From Phoronis australis (lineage: Eukaryota > Animalia > Phoronida), in NCBI GenBank assembly GCA_002633005.1, contig NMRA01000062.1, positions 209,638-271,834 on the forward strand: a stretch of DNA of 62,197 nt, written 5' to 3'. Every line of letters begins with the position of its first letter. Position 1 is the first letter of the stretch. Position numbers and translations under genes: made by a program. The notes beneath the pieces were generated by a model that was not told the DNA's origin, searched no databases, and saw only the letters and a list, made by a program, of their open reading frames with translations. This document shows, one piece after another, positions 40,401 through 52,972 of the stretch.

Positions 40401-42344
40401 CACTCTCCTAAATTATCGGTTTCAGTTTCCGGTTAGTGTATTGTGATGGGAAATTCTCGCATCTATTTTACTGTCCAGTACAACAAAGAAAAAATCGGCA
40501 TTAATGAAACGCTGTTTAAAGTCTTCCAATAGTAGAACTGTTGGTATCGTGAGTACTTTAAGCAATGCTACAACCACCCGACCACACATCAGCTGACCAT
40601 GATTAGCAGACGTCGTACTTGCCGGAAATAAATCTGGCCAGGTGTCGCTAGTGAATAATGACGTAACGGCTTGTGCGTAAGATCACAGATTTCGTCCATT
40701 GCAAATATACGTAGTTGGTGGTCCATGTACTATAGTCTATGATGAAACAAACCCTAGGTTCGAAACTCGATGAAGCAACTTTAAGAAAAAATACCAAACG
40801 TTATACCATAGTAGCGGTGAATATTGCAATTTGTTGACTTCAAAATATGTCAAATCAAATAACTATCTCGTGTCATTCCATCGCGGCCGGGTAATGGTCA
40901 TGTTGTCCTTTTCGTGTCAACCGTGTGCATTGCGACTGCTTTTTGCCACATGTCAAATTACAAAGTTTTCAGTAATACTATCCACTTCTTGACTTCTGAC
41001 TGGATGATTTATTACTGACCTAAATATTTATTGCTGTTCTATAAATTCATTTATGTCATTCCTGGTTTCTGAAGAATTATTACTGTGTGCATAATTCGGG
41101 AACCGTTGACCGTGATATATCGGACATATATCGCACCCGGCCAACGGTAGCCAGTTTGTTATTACTCGACTCAAGTTGGCTTGCCACCGCCGGTTATTAT
41201 GCGCAGAGCACAGTCTCGACAAATGACGGACTTTCGGTTTGTTATTGCTAGACTCAAGTTGGCTTGTCACCACTGGTTATTATGGGCCGAGTCACAGTCT
41301 CGAGCAATAACGCTGAGACTCGTAGTTTTTTTCCAAGCCCAAACATTACTTTGCATCTGAATTAGGAATAAGTTGAGTGCTGTCTTATAACGGTAATAGA
41401 CTAGTTGCCCAAGCTCAAGTTCACCGTTACATTTGCTTTATATCAATTCTCCCCGTTGCGTAGCAACACTAAAATTTTCTGTCATTTGTTCGTGTACAGA
41501 CGTGTTTGATTAGTGAATAAAACAACTTGAAATATTTACACTGTCTGTCATACCTTCCATGAATATACTTCTTTATCCAACTTTTCGAGGAAGTGGTCGA
41601 TATTTCAATGCTAACGTTATAATCCTGTCACCAGTGACAGTAGAATATCATGTGGCCTGCTTTCAACCAAACTACTGACGTGACGCAATTTTAATGGTCA
41701 TTATAAAAATTTGATGAGTTCGTCCCTCTACCATGGTAACACGTTTTGTTCGTGCGAGCATTTCGAGATATCAATGGTGTTCGCGCTTGTTACGTTTATT
41801 GCATTTGCAGGATCTTTCAAAAGTACGGGTTTTTGCTCGACTTTTCGGAAGCGCTGACGCTGGTGGTGATAATTTCGATCATTGGCAGAGGTAGCGTTAT
41901 CCTTCAAACGTTATTGATCAATTATAGTAAGTTCTTTCAAATGCACCAACTTAACATTTCGTTGGAAATTGTCAATATTAACTTTGTAATCTAATTTAAA
42001 CGACATATCAGTGACGTGTTTGGTTCTCTTTTGTGAAACGTGATCGGTAACCGGAAACTAAGTAATCACGGTGCGACAGTTGAAAGGTATCGATTTGCAA
42101 CGCTCGAAACATTGTTCAGAGGCACTTACAGAAAATCAAAAGGGTTTAAAAGGTTGCAGGAAAGACCAAGCACACTTGGAGTCATTTTGCCACAAACAAG
42201 AACTGACGATGAACTACGTTAATAATTTGCATGGTTTAACTGGATAAAGTAAAGACTTTAGTAGTCACTTTCGGAACAACAGAGGAATTAAAGTCGACAG
42301 AAAACACGTTTACCTATCTCTGCAAATCGAGAAAAAGGAGAACA

Positions 42345-42401
42345 CCAACAACGTCAACAACAGGAGCAGCAACAACAATAACAACAACAACAGCAACAAC
42401 A
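42345..42401. repeat. (AAC)n microsatellite upstream of paralogue C
   Basis: aacaacaataacaacaacaacagcaacaac. Confidence 0.7.
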
Positions 42402-42583
42402 GGAAATCAATGAAGTTCAATAGAAAATCTTGGACCGAGAAGTTTCCAGATTAAATCTGTGCCTGTTGTAATCAACAAAGATTAAAGTCGCCAAAAGTGA
42501 GCTAAAACTTTCAAAAAGTGTTTCGGAGTACCATAAACACAGTAAACCGTTATTGAACTTCCAACGGAAAAATATCCGCTAAA

Positions 42584-45500
42584 ATGATTGTCTATTATTG
42601 TTTGGTAATAGCTTCGACAATTATGATGGGACAAGGAAACAAACAAGCGCCAGGTAAAGCGAATGGTGCTCCTTTGCCTCCCGCAAATGGGAGAACTTTA
42701 TCACTGGATGGGTGCCAGCCTGTCTTCAAAGCATCGTGGTGGGACTTTCCACCATATGCAACGCAAGCTGGTGTCGATAACAGCAATAGAAGTACCACTA
42801 ACAGCGTAATAAGTCCGTTACACCGCCTTGTAGTGTCAATTGTCGACCACTGTTGTGGTTCCGGAAGTCGTGTTGAGTTCAATCAAAGTTGGTCCAATAT
42901 GTTCGAAATGACAGAGGGAGCTGACGACGACACGTTCAAGTTTCCCTACAGTTTGAGCGGCCCCGAAAAACAGTTCGTACACCTAGGCGACAATGTAGTG
43001 CTGAATGGAATCTTATCTCCCGGTAATTCGTTTTTTACTAATACTTACTTGTGGATGTAAATTTTAAATTTTTCGTTGCATATTACAAACTGACAACACC
43101 TACAAGCCCAGAAACCGCAGGGTAGCATACTCGGGTTTGAATAAACAATATGTAGCATCTTACTGGCACTTTCGTAATAGTCTTGAACTGAACTCTCTTC
43201 TTTCGTGGGGTAGAAAAATGCACTTCCCGTTTGACTTTCTTTGTAAAATGTCAACCCTATTCCAGTGTTGATTAGAAAGGGAAGCACGTGCAGTACTTAC
43301 ATTTAACTTTTTGCCAGGATTTGTCACGTTAGAAGCTTTAATAGAAGCTAAGCGTTTGCAGTTTGCAGGCAACCATTTTTGATATCATCGGTATCAATGA
43401 AAAAGCGTGATAGAATTCCCTTCAACAGCCTACTAAAACATGACAACCGCAAGCCTAGACAGTGACCACCGTCTCTAGTTGAACTACAGTCGTTCAACTA
43501 GAGACTGTGGTCACTGTCTACCGTAGGCCATGAATACGTGATTATGTCTACCGAAACATCTTCAGTTCACACGGCAATACGAACTACGTTTAGAGTTCAA
43601 AGTTTAGCAGACACGTTTTCACTGTACAAAAGTGAACGACAAACACGCAGCCTGCCTTTTCAAGAACGATGGTAGTTGATAGGAGTACGTTATCCATCGA
43701 TTTGAAGGCGTTTGATCGTAATCTTTTTGCATTGAAAGTTAGCGTATTTGCAATCACACAAACAATGTTAAATATTGAGGTGTTTTTAGAAGAAAGGACA
43801 TTTGGCCACAACATTAATCGATAAAAAGCACTAGGCCCCTGTACGCAATTTTTGCCACTAGGCCTATTAGCAAAGTCTAGTGACGCAGCAGGATTCAATA
43901 CAATTTGCCAAAAAGCCGTAAAGTGGTTATTGTTTTATGACATTTTCTCTTATTTCATACAACAAATTATTCAATTTAAAAACTATTGATTTTGCATTGA
44001 GTTTTGCTATTATGGCGTTCAATAATAGCGCTGGACATATTTATCAATAATGTCATAGGGTACTAAACAATAGGCAATCCTATGTGTAGACATTAGGTGT
44101 AACGTAATAATGTTTGAATATATTAAATGTGAAACTTCACGTCTTAAATTATTTACATCAACCTATAAGTTATTTCCCAGTCCCAACACTACAAACCGAA
44201 AAATAGAGGTCATACCGTTAAAATATAAAACTGACATCATGCAACGAAATCAATCCGTTTTCTGGAGGACTTCAATCATTAATTTAATTAGAAGTGAATT
44301 CAGTAACCCATGCAAATTTCAGTTTTTGCTTGATACGCCTCTGCTTTGGTGACTGTAACGCAAAGCGAATGAAAACCCGCCATATTTTTTGCAGACTTGT
44401 CGAATGTGGACCAAAATAAATAATTAAAAAATACTGCACATATAAAGTAAAATTGTGTCGATTCCCTGTACATAATTCTTTATTCAAGGTGCGTTTTACT
44501 TGGTGCCAAAGTTGAATAAGTCACCTCTGATAGGCGTCCTGGAATCAGCTTGGCCCCTTTTGGTCATCATCGTAGCCGCAAGTCTCCTGGCAGGGACAGT
44601 CATATGGGCTCTCGTAAGTAGACGGATCACAACAAATAACATATGGCTTCTCGCAAGTCGCTGGATAACATCAAATATCATACGGGCTCTCGCAAGCCGC
44701 TGGATACCAGCGAATAACATAGGGGCACTCGTAAGTCGTTGGATAACAGCAAATAACAGGGGCGGATCCAGGATTTTGAGTTGGGGGGGGCAGGACAGAG
44801 TATTAGCAAGGATTTTGCCCGTCAGACATTCGCACCCCCGTACTGCCAAATGGAATCTGGGAGAATTTTAGGGGGGGCCATGGCCCCCTTGGCCAAAAAG
44901 TGGGCGGGTTGGAATTCTTCGCCAAATTCGTCTTAATTCCACTAGACATGCTTCATTGAGGACATGTGTAGAACCAGAAAGGATGGCGGAAGAAAATAAA
45001 CGCGTTTTTAACTGACAAAATTAATTGTAAAATAGATTTTTGAAGAGGTCAAAACTTCTTACTTGGTGACCGGATTTGGACTACCGGCCGTTTATAATAC
45101 ACGGGATGAAGTACAGAAAGTGATGGGGAGTATTGTAGCCCCTGTATAGCCAGTCGAGGGGCTACGTGTTGCCTACGTGCGTTAGAAATAGACAAAAAAA
45201 AATTTAATGGTAAACTCTGTACAGGAAGATGGAGTCGAGTTCTTATAATAAAACTTGCAATTCTGAGGAGAATTGGTCGTATATGCCGGAAAGGAAAAAA
45301 TCGAATTTTAATGTTTCGGCTTTGCCTATAAAGTGGAATTGAATTCAATCGATGTTTCCGTTCCTCAAGAGAACATTTTTCACTGCAAGTGTAAACTAGT
45401 TTTAAGTGGCAAGACCAACACAAGTCTCCGCGAGATACCGCATTGCACGCGACTGCACTTAGCTTCACTTGTGAGTGCCTGGCGTTACGGAAAGGCCCCC

Positions 45501-48500
45501 CGGGATAGACAGGTCAGCCCTCGATTACATTTTGTTGGTTTTAGATGACTACATCCGATTAAAGAATCTAATCAACAATATCTACCGGTTGACTGGTCTT
45601 GGTGGAGCGTGTTAGTGGCTTCAAATTGGCTGGTCGTTTCCACGGAGTCGATAGCGGCGTATTTTCGGTAGCTGTTTGCACGTTTTGAAAATCTGATGGG
45701 TTGTTCTAAAATACGTAGGCCTATGTGATATGTTTTGACGTAAAATTTTGTATATTTTGGATAGGCTATATATTCTGGGATAGCAATTTCACTCAAACGA
45801 CTATCATTTAAAGAGATATTGGGTGACTTTGTTGTCGACTAACCGTATTAGCGCAGTATGAAGGTTGATTTTAACTCATCTGTTTGCTGAATGCGAAATA
45901 AGAATGAACGAATAAACTTGTTACTAATGAGAAACAACTACATACATTATAAAGGACGCCAGTTTATTATAAAGCTTCACAACTATAATGGTGGTTTAAC
46001 AAAACTTCACGAAAATGTTTGTTGCATACGCTAATGAACTTTTTTGCACTGATTCTTTGTGAGTACACACCAAGGTCTATAAACATTTACAGAGGTGCTG
46101 TTCACTTTTACGTTCTTTAATAACAGTCTTGAGTGAATAACTAATTATAATTATTTGCTTTAAAACTGCATCTACTATTTGACACAGTTTCCGAAAATAC
46201 GCCCAACGTTTCTAAAAATACACCCGGGCGTATATTCGGCTTCGTTTGAAGTTTTTGAAAAGTCGTTTTTCGAATATCCGCCCATGGGCCTATTTTCAGA
46301 AATTCTTGGTACGGCCATCGGTTTTACAAGCATTAAACAATTCTATTTGTGTTCAAACGTAATTGAATACACGAGACACCAGTTCGATTTAGAACGTCTT
46401 TTTGTAGGAACGCCGTCAAAATAATGAACAGTTTCCGAAAGTGTTTAAGACAGGGATTATCGAAGGAGTTTGGTGGGCTTTCGTTTCCATGACTACAGTA
46501 GGGTAAGTTTAATTTCGCACTACTGTTTTCAACGCACACGAGCCCTGGTTATGTGCACAAAAATGGATGTGGCAAACTCATCGTAGAGTGCCGACAGATA
46601 ATGATGATGACCATGGCCATGACGCCAACGTGGAAAACTGCCACCTATTGGCGGTAAAATGTACAACATAAAGTAGTCATCGATGACAAGAAACACATCA
46701 AAACCCAGGTTACTGACGCATACACAAAATCAAAACCCAGCGTATGGACAAATGCCAAAACACCACAAAGAACTAAGTGACTGCGATTACGTCATGGTAG
46801 TAGAAGAATATGGCGGCGACAAATATGCTTAGTAAGGTGAAAGACTTTGTTGGCCACAGCATCCATAACTGCCGGCGACGACGGAAAATTGCAGCACTCG
46901 CGGCAAAGATTACGGCACCGACTAGCGCAACTCAAATCAATATTTTCGCTTTGTAAGCACTTCGGATTTTTTATTTCAGGTACGGCGACAAGACACCCAC
47001 TTCATTTCTTGCTCGACTCTTCGGAATTCTATGGATCCTATTTGGTGTTTGCATTATGAGCGTGTTTACGAGTATTATCACCACGGCTCTCTCTAGCTCC
47101 CAAAACACGGTGAATCATATCACCTACAAAAAGGCAAGCGTGGCTGTTTGATATCAGTTGAAGTATACTTCTAAACAGTTTGTTTAAACATTTTAGCGTG
47201 AGGGAACACTTATAGCAGTTTATACGGAATAGCGAGAGTGGAGATTAATTTGTAATGGTTTCGACGAAGAACATAACTCTGCTGTTGGCAACTAATAGAT
47301 GTATGTGACCACTCACGCCTTTTTTCTCTTGTTACAAGATTTGTTGCAAAGTTCTCTGTTAGACGAATGATTTCATAGTAAGCCATTTTTCCGACAGGTA
47401 GCAGTCTTGGACAAAACGTTCGACTTTGTAGTTGCATTGGGCGAGAGCTCCATCATTACCGGTAGGTGGGGCTTGCTTCAAAAGAAATGCATCGTCCAGA
47501 GAGGATAATCATGAACTCTCTAATTTGTATGCAATGTTTTCACAAGTATTGAAAAAGGTCAAATTGAGTAACTAATCGCTTTTATTACAATTTCCACTGA
47601 TCGGCTTTTCGAATACTGAGTAACGTGTTTGCTGTAAAAATGCCAAAGCCCAACTAAAGCAGACCCAAGCGATGAAATAGGGGATGAGATGCACGGCAAA
47701 ATGTATAAATTGATAGGACTGTCTAGTTCATCGAGATCATGTTGATGAAAACACAGTGAAAAAGAATTGGGAAGGGACTCGCGAAGTGTCTTAGGATTTG
47801 AGAATTCGTACAGGTGTGGGCACCTTTTGGAGATAGTTGGCATTTTTTCCTTTAAATTGGTACATATAGTTATTAATTCGAGCAGTTGTTTAGACTATAA
47901 TGTCAAAGCAGACTGACGTTGACTAAGGTAGTTTATGCAAACCCTTTTTAAAAAGATTTAAGAAGGTCCGCTGGACGCGTTTTATTATCAATCGCTATTG
48001 TCTGGATGTGGGTGTGCTGCGTATCTGTCTGCCAGGATATTGATAGGGCAATATTCGTAGCAAGCAACAGGCAAATTTGTCTGGTCCATTGACAAGAAGT
48101 TTTAAAAAAGCGGAGAGGGCTTGACGATATGCCAAGTCAATGGCCAGAACTACATTACCGAGAATTCTTTAGTTATTAATACCACAATATCATTGTTATG
48201 AAGGATAATATGATTTCAACTTAACCATTTGGCCTCGAAGCCGACAGAAGTTGGCTACGAGTTTGCCTCCTAAACAGCAAAGCACGCACGTTCATGTGGA
48301 GGGTTGCGCAATTGGCGAGGACCAGGAAGGGGATTGAAGGGGTGGCGATAGGGAGGAATCTGACTTTGGGACAACAGGGACAAAAGTTTGGCGAATTCGA
48401 ATTAGTTGATAATCCCCTCCCTACAAATGTCTACCTTCTTACGAGCTTGCTAAAACGAACAAAGCGCCGGGAAGAGGTGTAACTGGTGACAACGGGGGAG

Positions 48501-50993
48501 GGGTGCAGTTGGGGATAAAACGGTTGTTGGCTATGGCTGGAGGGAAATAAAAATGATGTTACTGTGGGTCGAAACGGGATGGTGGCGGAGGTGAAATTGG
48601 AGTTGACGGGAGGGGGTAGATTTTGCACAGTCACGCATTTGTTAGCCCCCCCCCACTAAAAGGCAACCTTCCCAGTCAGTTTTTTCAACATGTGGCATTT
48701 GCGTCTCTGTTTTGGGTAATTCAAAGTTTTAGAAGGAATCTGCATCGCTCAACATCAGTTGCTATGATAATTGCCTGAATAATGAATATCTTCTGTCGTG
48801 GCCTCTGTGATCCACCGCGACACCTTTAAGCCTGATCACGAAACTGAGTTTACACGTTCAGTAATATTAAAAAAAAAATCGTTCTTTACAGCGTGCAAAG
48901 ATCGTAACTGCTTGAAGAGCGCGCTGCTCCAGGACGACTTAGATGGTATTTTGTTAGACCAGTACGCTGCAGCCTTTCAAAAGTCGGGTAGTCCTAACTT
49001 TCTTCAAGACTTCGATGTTGCTTGGAAATCTAATGTTTTCGTCAACCACGGCGTCCTGGTAACGGTAAGAAATATAGATTCACGAGGTAGCTACCTGTTA
49101 CAAGTCTTGAACATTGATGGCATTGACATTCGCATGAAAAGAAGCTAGGTGAATTTCATTTTTCTGACTCATAACTTAGGCCGCCTGTTATGTGGCCATG
49201 AGTATAAATTTGAAAAAAATTACAGCTACAACGGAAAATGACTGTTTTTGTTGAAACGATTTTCACTCGAGTATTTTTATGATGGAAGCCAGCGATGAAA
49301 AGAAGTCCTGGCAGACCTGATATATTACGAACTGATTCCCTTGCTAAAACTCTGTCAACATGTCGGGTCATACTGTACAAATAAATTTCTATCCTATTTC
49401 CAAGGAAATCCTGAAGTTGTTTAATTTAAGGTGAAAGTGTTTGATTTTCAGCATCGACGCATAAGTGAGATTACGCGCCAGCAATTGACCTTTTACAGAT
49501 AGAAAAAATCGATCGGTACACATCACTGAGCACAAATTCGTTGGATACAAGCCCTCTTAATCCAGAATACAGAAAGTAAGGCAGGCGATCGTCTGCTAGG
49601 TAATCTGAGGTTGATTTTAAATAGATACTAGTAGCTCGCTAGAAAAGCAAGATATCGCGAGATTGCGCGACAATTTACCGTATAATTTCTATGAGAACAC
49701 GTGATTTTGGCTGGATTATTCTCCGGCCGCGTGACATCACAGCTATGGAACCCTACCGTGTTTGCTCGTATCTGTAATTAACTGGAGTTTCCATCTGTTT
49801 GAAATGCTACTTAGTGCCGGAAATCTACACAGACCCTTATATTACTTCGTTTCCTAGTAGGCATACACACGGGATTATAGGTATCCCACAATCCTTCATG
49901 ACTATGACATTTATCGCTACCCGTCAAGGTTAACTGAAGCCTCCCAAACTTGATGGATTGGGTTGGTTTCCCTGACAAAATTACTGGGGTTCTGGTTGTA
50001 TTTGTTCACATGCCAATGCCCTGAATGGTGTGTTACGGTTTAGTGCTTTATCTTGCCTCACAATTGGGGAGCAGTGAGCAAGGGGAAAATGTATAAAACA
50101 ATAGCAATAAAACTAAACTAAAGAATAAGCCGAAAACTCTTAATGGTCAAAAATCAAATTTGCTTGATGAATACAACTTATTAGGAATAATTATTAGTCT
50201 TCATATACGCCATATGTTAGCCACATAACGTGACCTGAAATTAAGTTCGGAAGGACCTCTAGTCCGACTAAGGTTTGAACTTGGAACTTTCTGCTAACCG
50301 TGCACGGTTACAAGGAACCACATCTAATTTGACAAAGGAGCAACTTGAGATCAATTTATTTCTTAACGGCAAGTGGTCTGAATGAAAGTGTAGCGGAGGG
50401 TCACATCCGCTTTAAAATTCCACTTGGTTCCTTATAACGGCGTTACTGACGTTTCTCACTAGTTTTAGTGCTAAGCATAACCCTCCTCATGCTCAATATA
50501 CAGGGTTGCTTGCAAGATCAGTTAACTACGAAAAGAGAGTGCTCTCCTGACATACCAGAGGTTCATCATTGGTCATTACAGCATAGTTTTCCGAAACGTA
50601 CTGTCAGGAACATGCCTCGACAGAAATGCGAGTAGTCCAAGTGTATTGTAGCAGTTCTTGTTCTCTTCTCGTTGGCAGCAAGCTCCAACTGAGCTCAAGA
50701 AGTGCTTCTCTGTACATGCTGCTAAACAGTCTCCGGCATTGTTCAAAAAGTTGATGGCGTCTTTGTATGTTCCTGCAAAGTCAAGCACAGGAGCAGCAAG
50801 TGTTGCGTCTGATCTCTTAACCAATGGAAATGGTACCATCTTTTGGATTGGGACGGGGCTATTTTGTTTGATCGTACTCGTTATTTGCATCTCATTGGCC
50901 GTCATAGAGAAAGTGATGTGGCGACAGAAAGTCGAACACTTTGTTAAAGTTCAAGAAGTCCGCACAAAGGGTCTAAGTGAGCGTAAGTTCTAG
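42584..50993 (+). CDS. Paralogue C: GluR0-like ligand-gated K+ channel, ~454 aa, 7 exons (intron 4 GC-AG)
   Basis: Exons are 42584-43022, 44489-44613, 46408-46502, 46980-47133, 47398-47461, 48892-49064 and 50679-50993. Pore region reads ERRQNNEQFPKVFKTGIIEGVWWAFVSMTTVG|YGDKTPTSFLARLFGILW, followed by VAVLDKT, DGILLDQY and NHGVLVT. The C-terminal TM is FWIGTGLFCLIVLVICISLAVI. Confidence 0.88.
43456..43520. repeat. Near-perfect 29-bp-stem hairpin (mini-MITE-like) in intron 1 of paralogue C
   Basis: Arms tagacagtgaccaccgtctctagttgaac / gttcaactagagactgtggtcactgtcta have one mismatch and a 7-nt loop, with TA at both ends. Confidence 0.8.
44601..44756 (+). repeat. 39-bp tandem repeat x4 containing the exon-2 donor of paralogue C
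   Basis: Units start at 44601, 44640, 44679 and 44718 (cata.gg..ctcg(t/c)aag...ggat...aaataa). Confidence 0.9.
44757..44894. mobile_element. MITE family 2, copy 2 (truncated)
   Basis: caggggcggatccaggattttgagttggggggg...gggggccatggcccccttgg matches 27531-27802. Confidence 0.65.
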
Positions 50994-52338
50994 TCAGGTT
51001 TAAATTCACGCTTCCGCTCGTTTGTTTTCTGATAACTGTTCAAAACTTCGTTTGTGTATTATATATAAGCAGTGCCTGTGGTCAATCTATTCGGAACTTA
51101 AAAAAATGAAGTAGTCAGTGTATGTGCGGGGTCTCTCTTAATTTGGTGAAGGAGAGCTTAGGCTATTTTACAATGTATCCTAAAAATTCACGGAGAACAT
51201 TATAGGGGTAGGAATAGGTGTAGTTCACTTTCCACTACTAGTGCGTGCAAGAGATGAGAATGACTTGTCGTCATGGAAACTCAAACCGAACACGCTGCAG
51301 ACAGTTGAAGTAGCAAGGTTTCTCATTCTTTGACCGAGGGAATGCTTACGTCATCATGACGACCAGTTAGGGTCAAGATTTATTTGAGCCATTTGTGGCC
51401 ACTTCTGTCCGCATAGTTATGACTGGTAGCATGGATCGCACGAACCGACACACAGTGCAACGCCTTTAGCAATGGATGCGATGCAGACTCAACTGTAAAC
51501 TCATTGTTGTCTGTTTTCACCACGTATGTATAATAAAACTGTGCAATCTTGTATTTGTGTCTGATGAACATCCAAACCAATACTTAAATCTTAACTTTTT
51601 TTAATTGCATTCATGATATTTTTTGTGCATAATATTATAGATTATCCTTCTGCTTTTCTTCGTATATTCTGATGTTTTGATTTCCTATACATCTTGGTTA
51701 GAAATAAGTTCTAATAATATTTTTAGTTTCAGAATGTATCAGTAGTTGACTATTACATGATGTAAAATGTAAACAGAGTCACCAAATATAGCGTGACAAT
51801 AGTGGCATGTATCTGCATATATTCGGAGAAATAATACAGGATTTCGAGATGATATTTTTTGTTATTAAATCACACGGATGCCACAACGTCTCATTGTGAC
51901 CAGTCATGATTGCTTCTCGAGTCTGCCACGTTGTGCGTAAAGGACATGATTGATAAAAATGCACGACGATAGCAGAGACACGAAGTCGTGTTAATGATTG
52001 GCTTACAAATAAACCTTCAATGTCGTTATCTGTTGCTCACGACTGAGCGAAAGTATAAGTACGGAAGCAACAAATTTCTCTAAACAAACTGCAAGCGGGG
52101 GGGGGGACTCAGACCGCAGGGCAGATCACGGGCAACCGTGTTCCCGTTTTTTTTTTAGTCCACCGATAGCCTTTGCGAACAGGAAGTGCACATCCTTGGC
52201 TCCCGCAACTTTCGGGCCGCTTGTGCGTACAATCGCGCTTTACCCAATTCCCCGAGGTAACATATGTTGCCCCCCCCCCTTAGGTTATCCTAGATCCGCC
52301 AATGTAATTTCATTGCTTCATTTTCATTTTGTTATTAT

Positions 52339-52585
52339 CATGCACACACCCAGCATTTAATATCTGGCGATGTGGACCTTTTTCTGACAATAAAGCGGCA
52401 GGACTAAAAAATAAAACAACGGGGTACCACCTTCAGAACTATGACCTATGAGTCTGCGCCTTTTTAGTGGAATTTTGTCTCGTTTTCTCGGACTTTACTT
52501 TTTGTTTCTCTGAGGCGGACTTCTTTGCCCACTTCACCAAATGGGGGGGGGGGCTCGCTCGACCTCCCCCTTGGGTGCGCGCAAG
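52339..52585. mobile_element. MITE family 1, copy 3 (inverted)
   Basis: Termini CATGCACACACCCAG...TTGGGTGCGCGCAAG, with attat directly repeated on both flanks. Confidence 0.7.
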
Positions 52586-52946
52586 ATTATCTTTCATCAG
52601 GCGATAAGGTACTGTTCCATAGAATCAGCGATTTCTAGGCAAAATTAGCCAACAAACCCGACACTTACACTGGTCATTCTTTAATTAAAGCATTGACCTG
52701 TGGCCATGGCCGGTGGATGCCTCAGTAATATTTGGACTCTCGTATTTTTCTAGCTCGTGGTAGAATCACTTTCGACAAACTATCACACTACATGCCAGGA
52801 GTGTTTCACCAAGACATTTTGGGTGTTAAAATCACTTGTAAGAGTTACTAACGGAAGGAAGTTGCATTTGGCCTTAGTAAGCTCAGGCCCTAAAACCAGG
52901 TGTTAACGTTACTTAGTCGAAAAATTACTCATCATGGATAAACTAA

Positions 52947-52972
52947 GTGTGTGTGTGTGTGTGTGTGTGTGT
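52947..52972. repeat. (GT)n microsatellite running into an assembly gap
   Basis: gtgtgt... continues into the Ns at 52973. Confidence 0.9.

Noticed and set aside
14407-50993. Annotating the cluster as ordinary Kv/KCNQ/K2P channels, or as bacterial contamination
   Set aside because: There is no S1-S4 voltage sensor or second pore, and a signal peptide and binding-protein halves flank the pore. Six spliceosomal introns and flanking animal genes exclude contamination.
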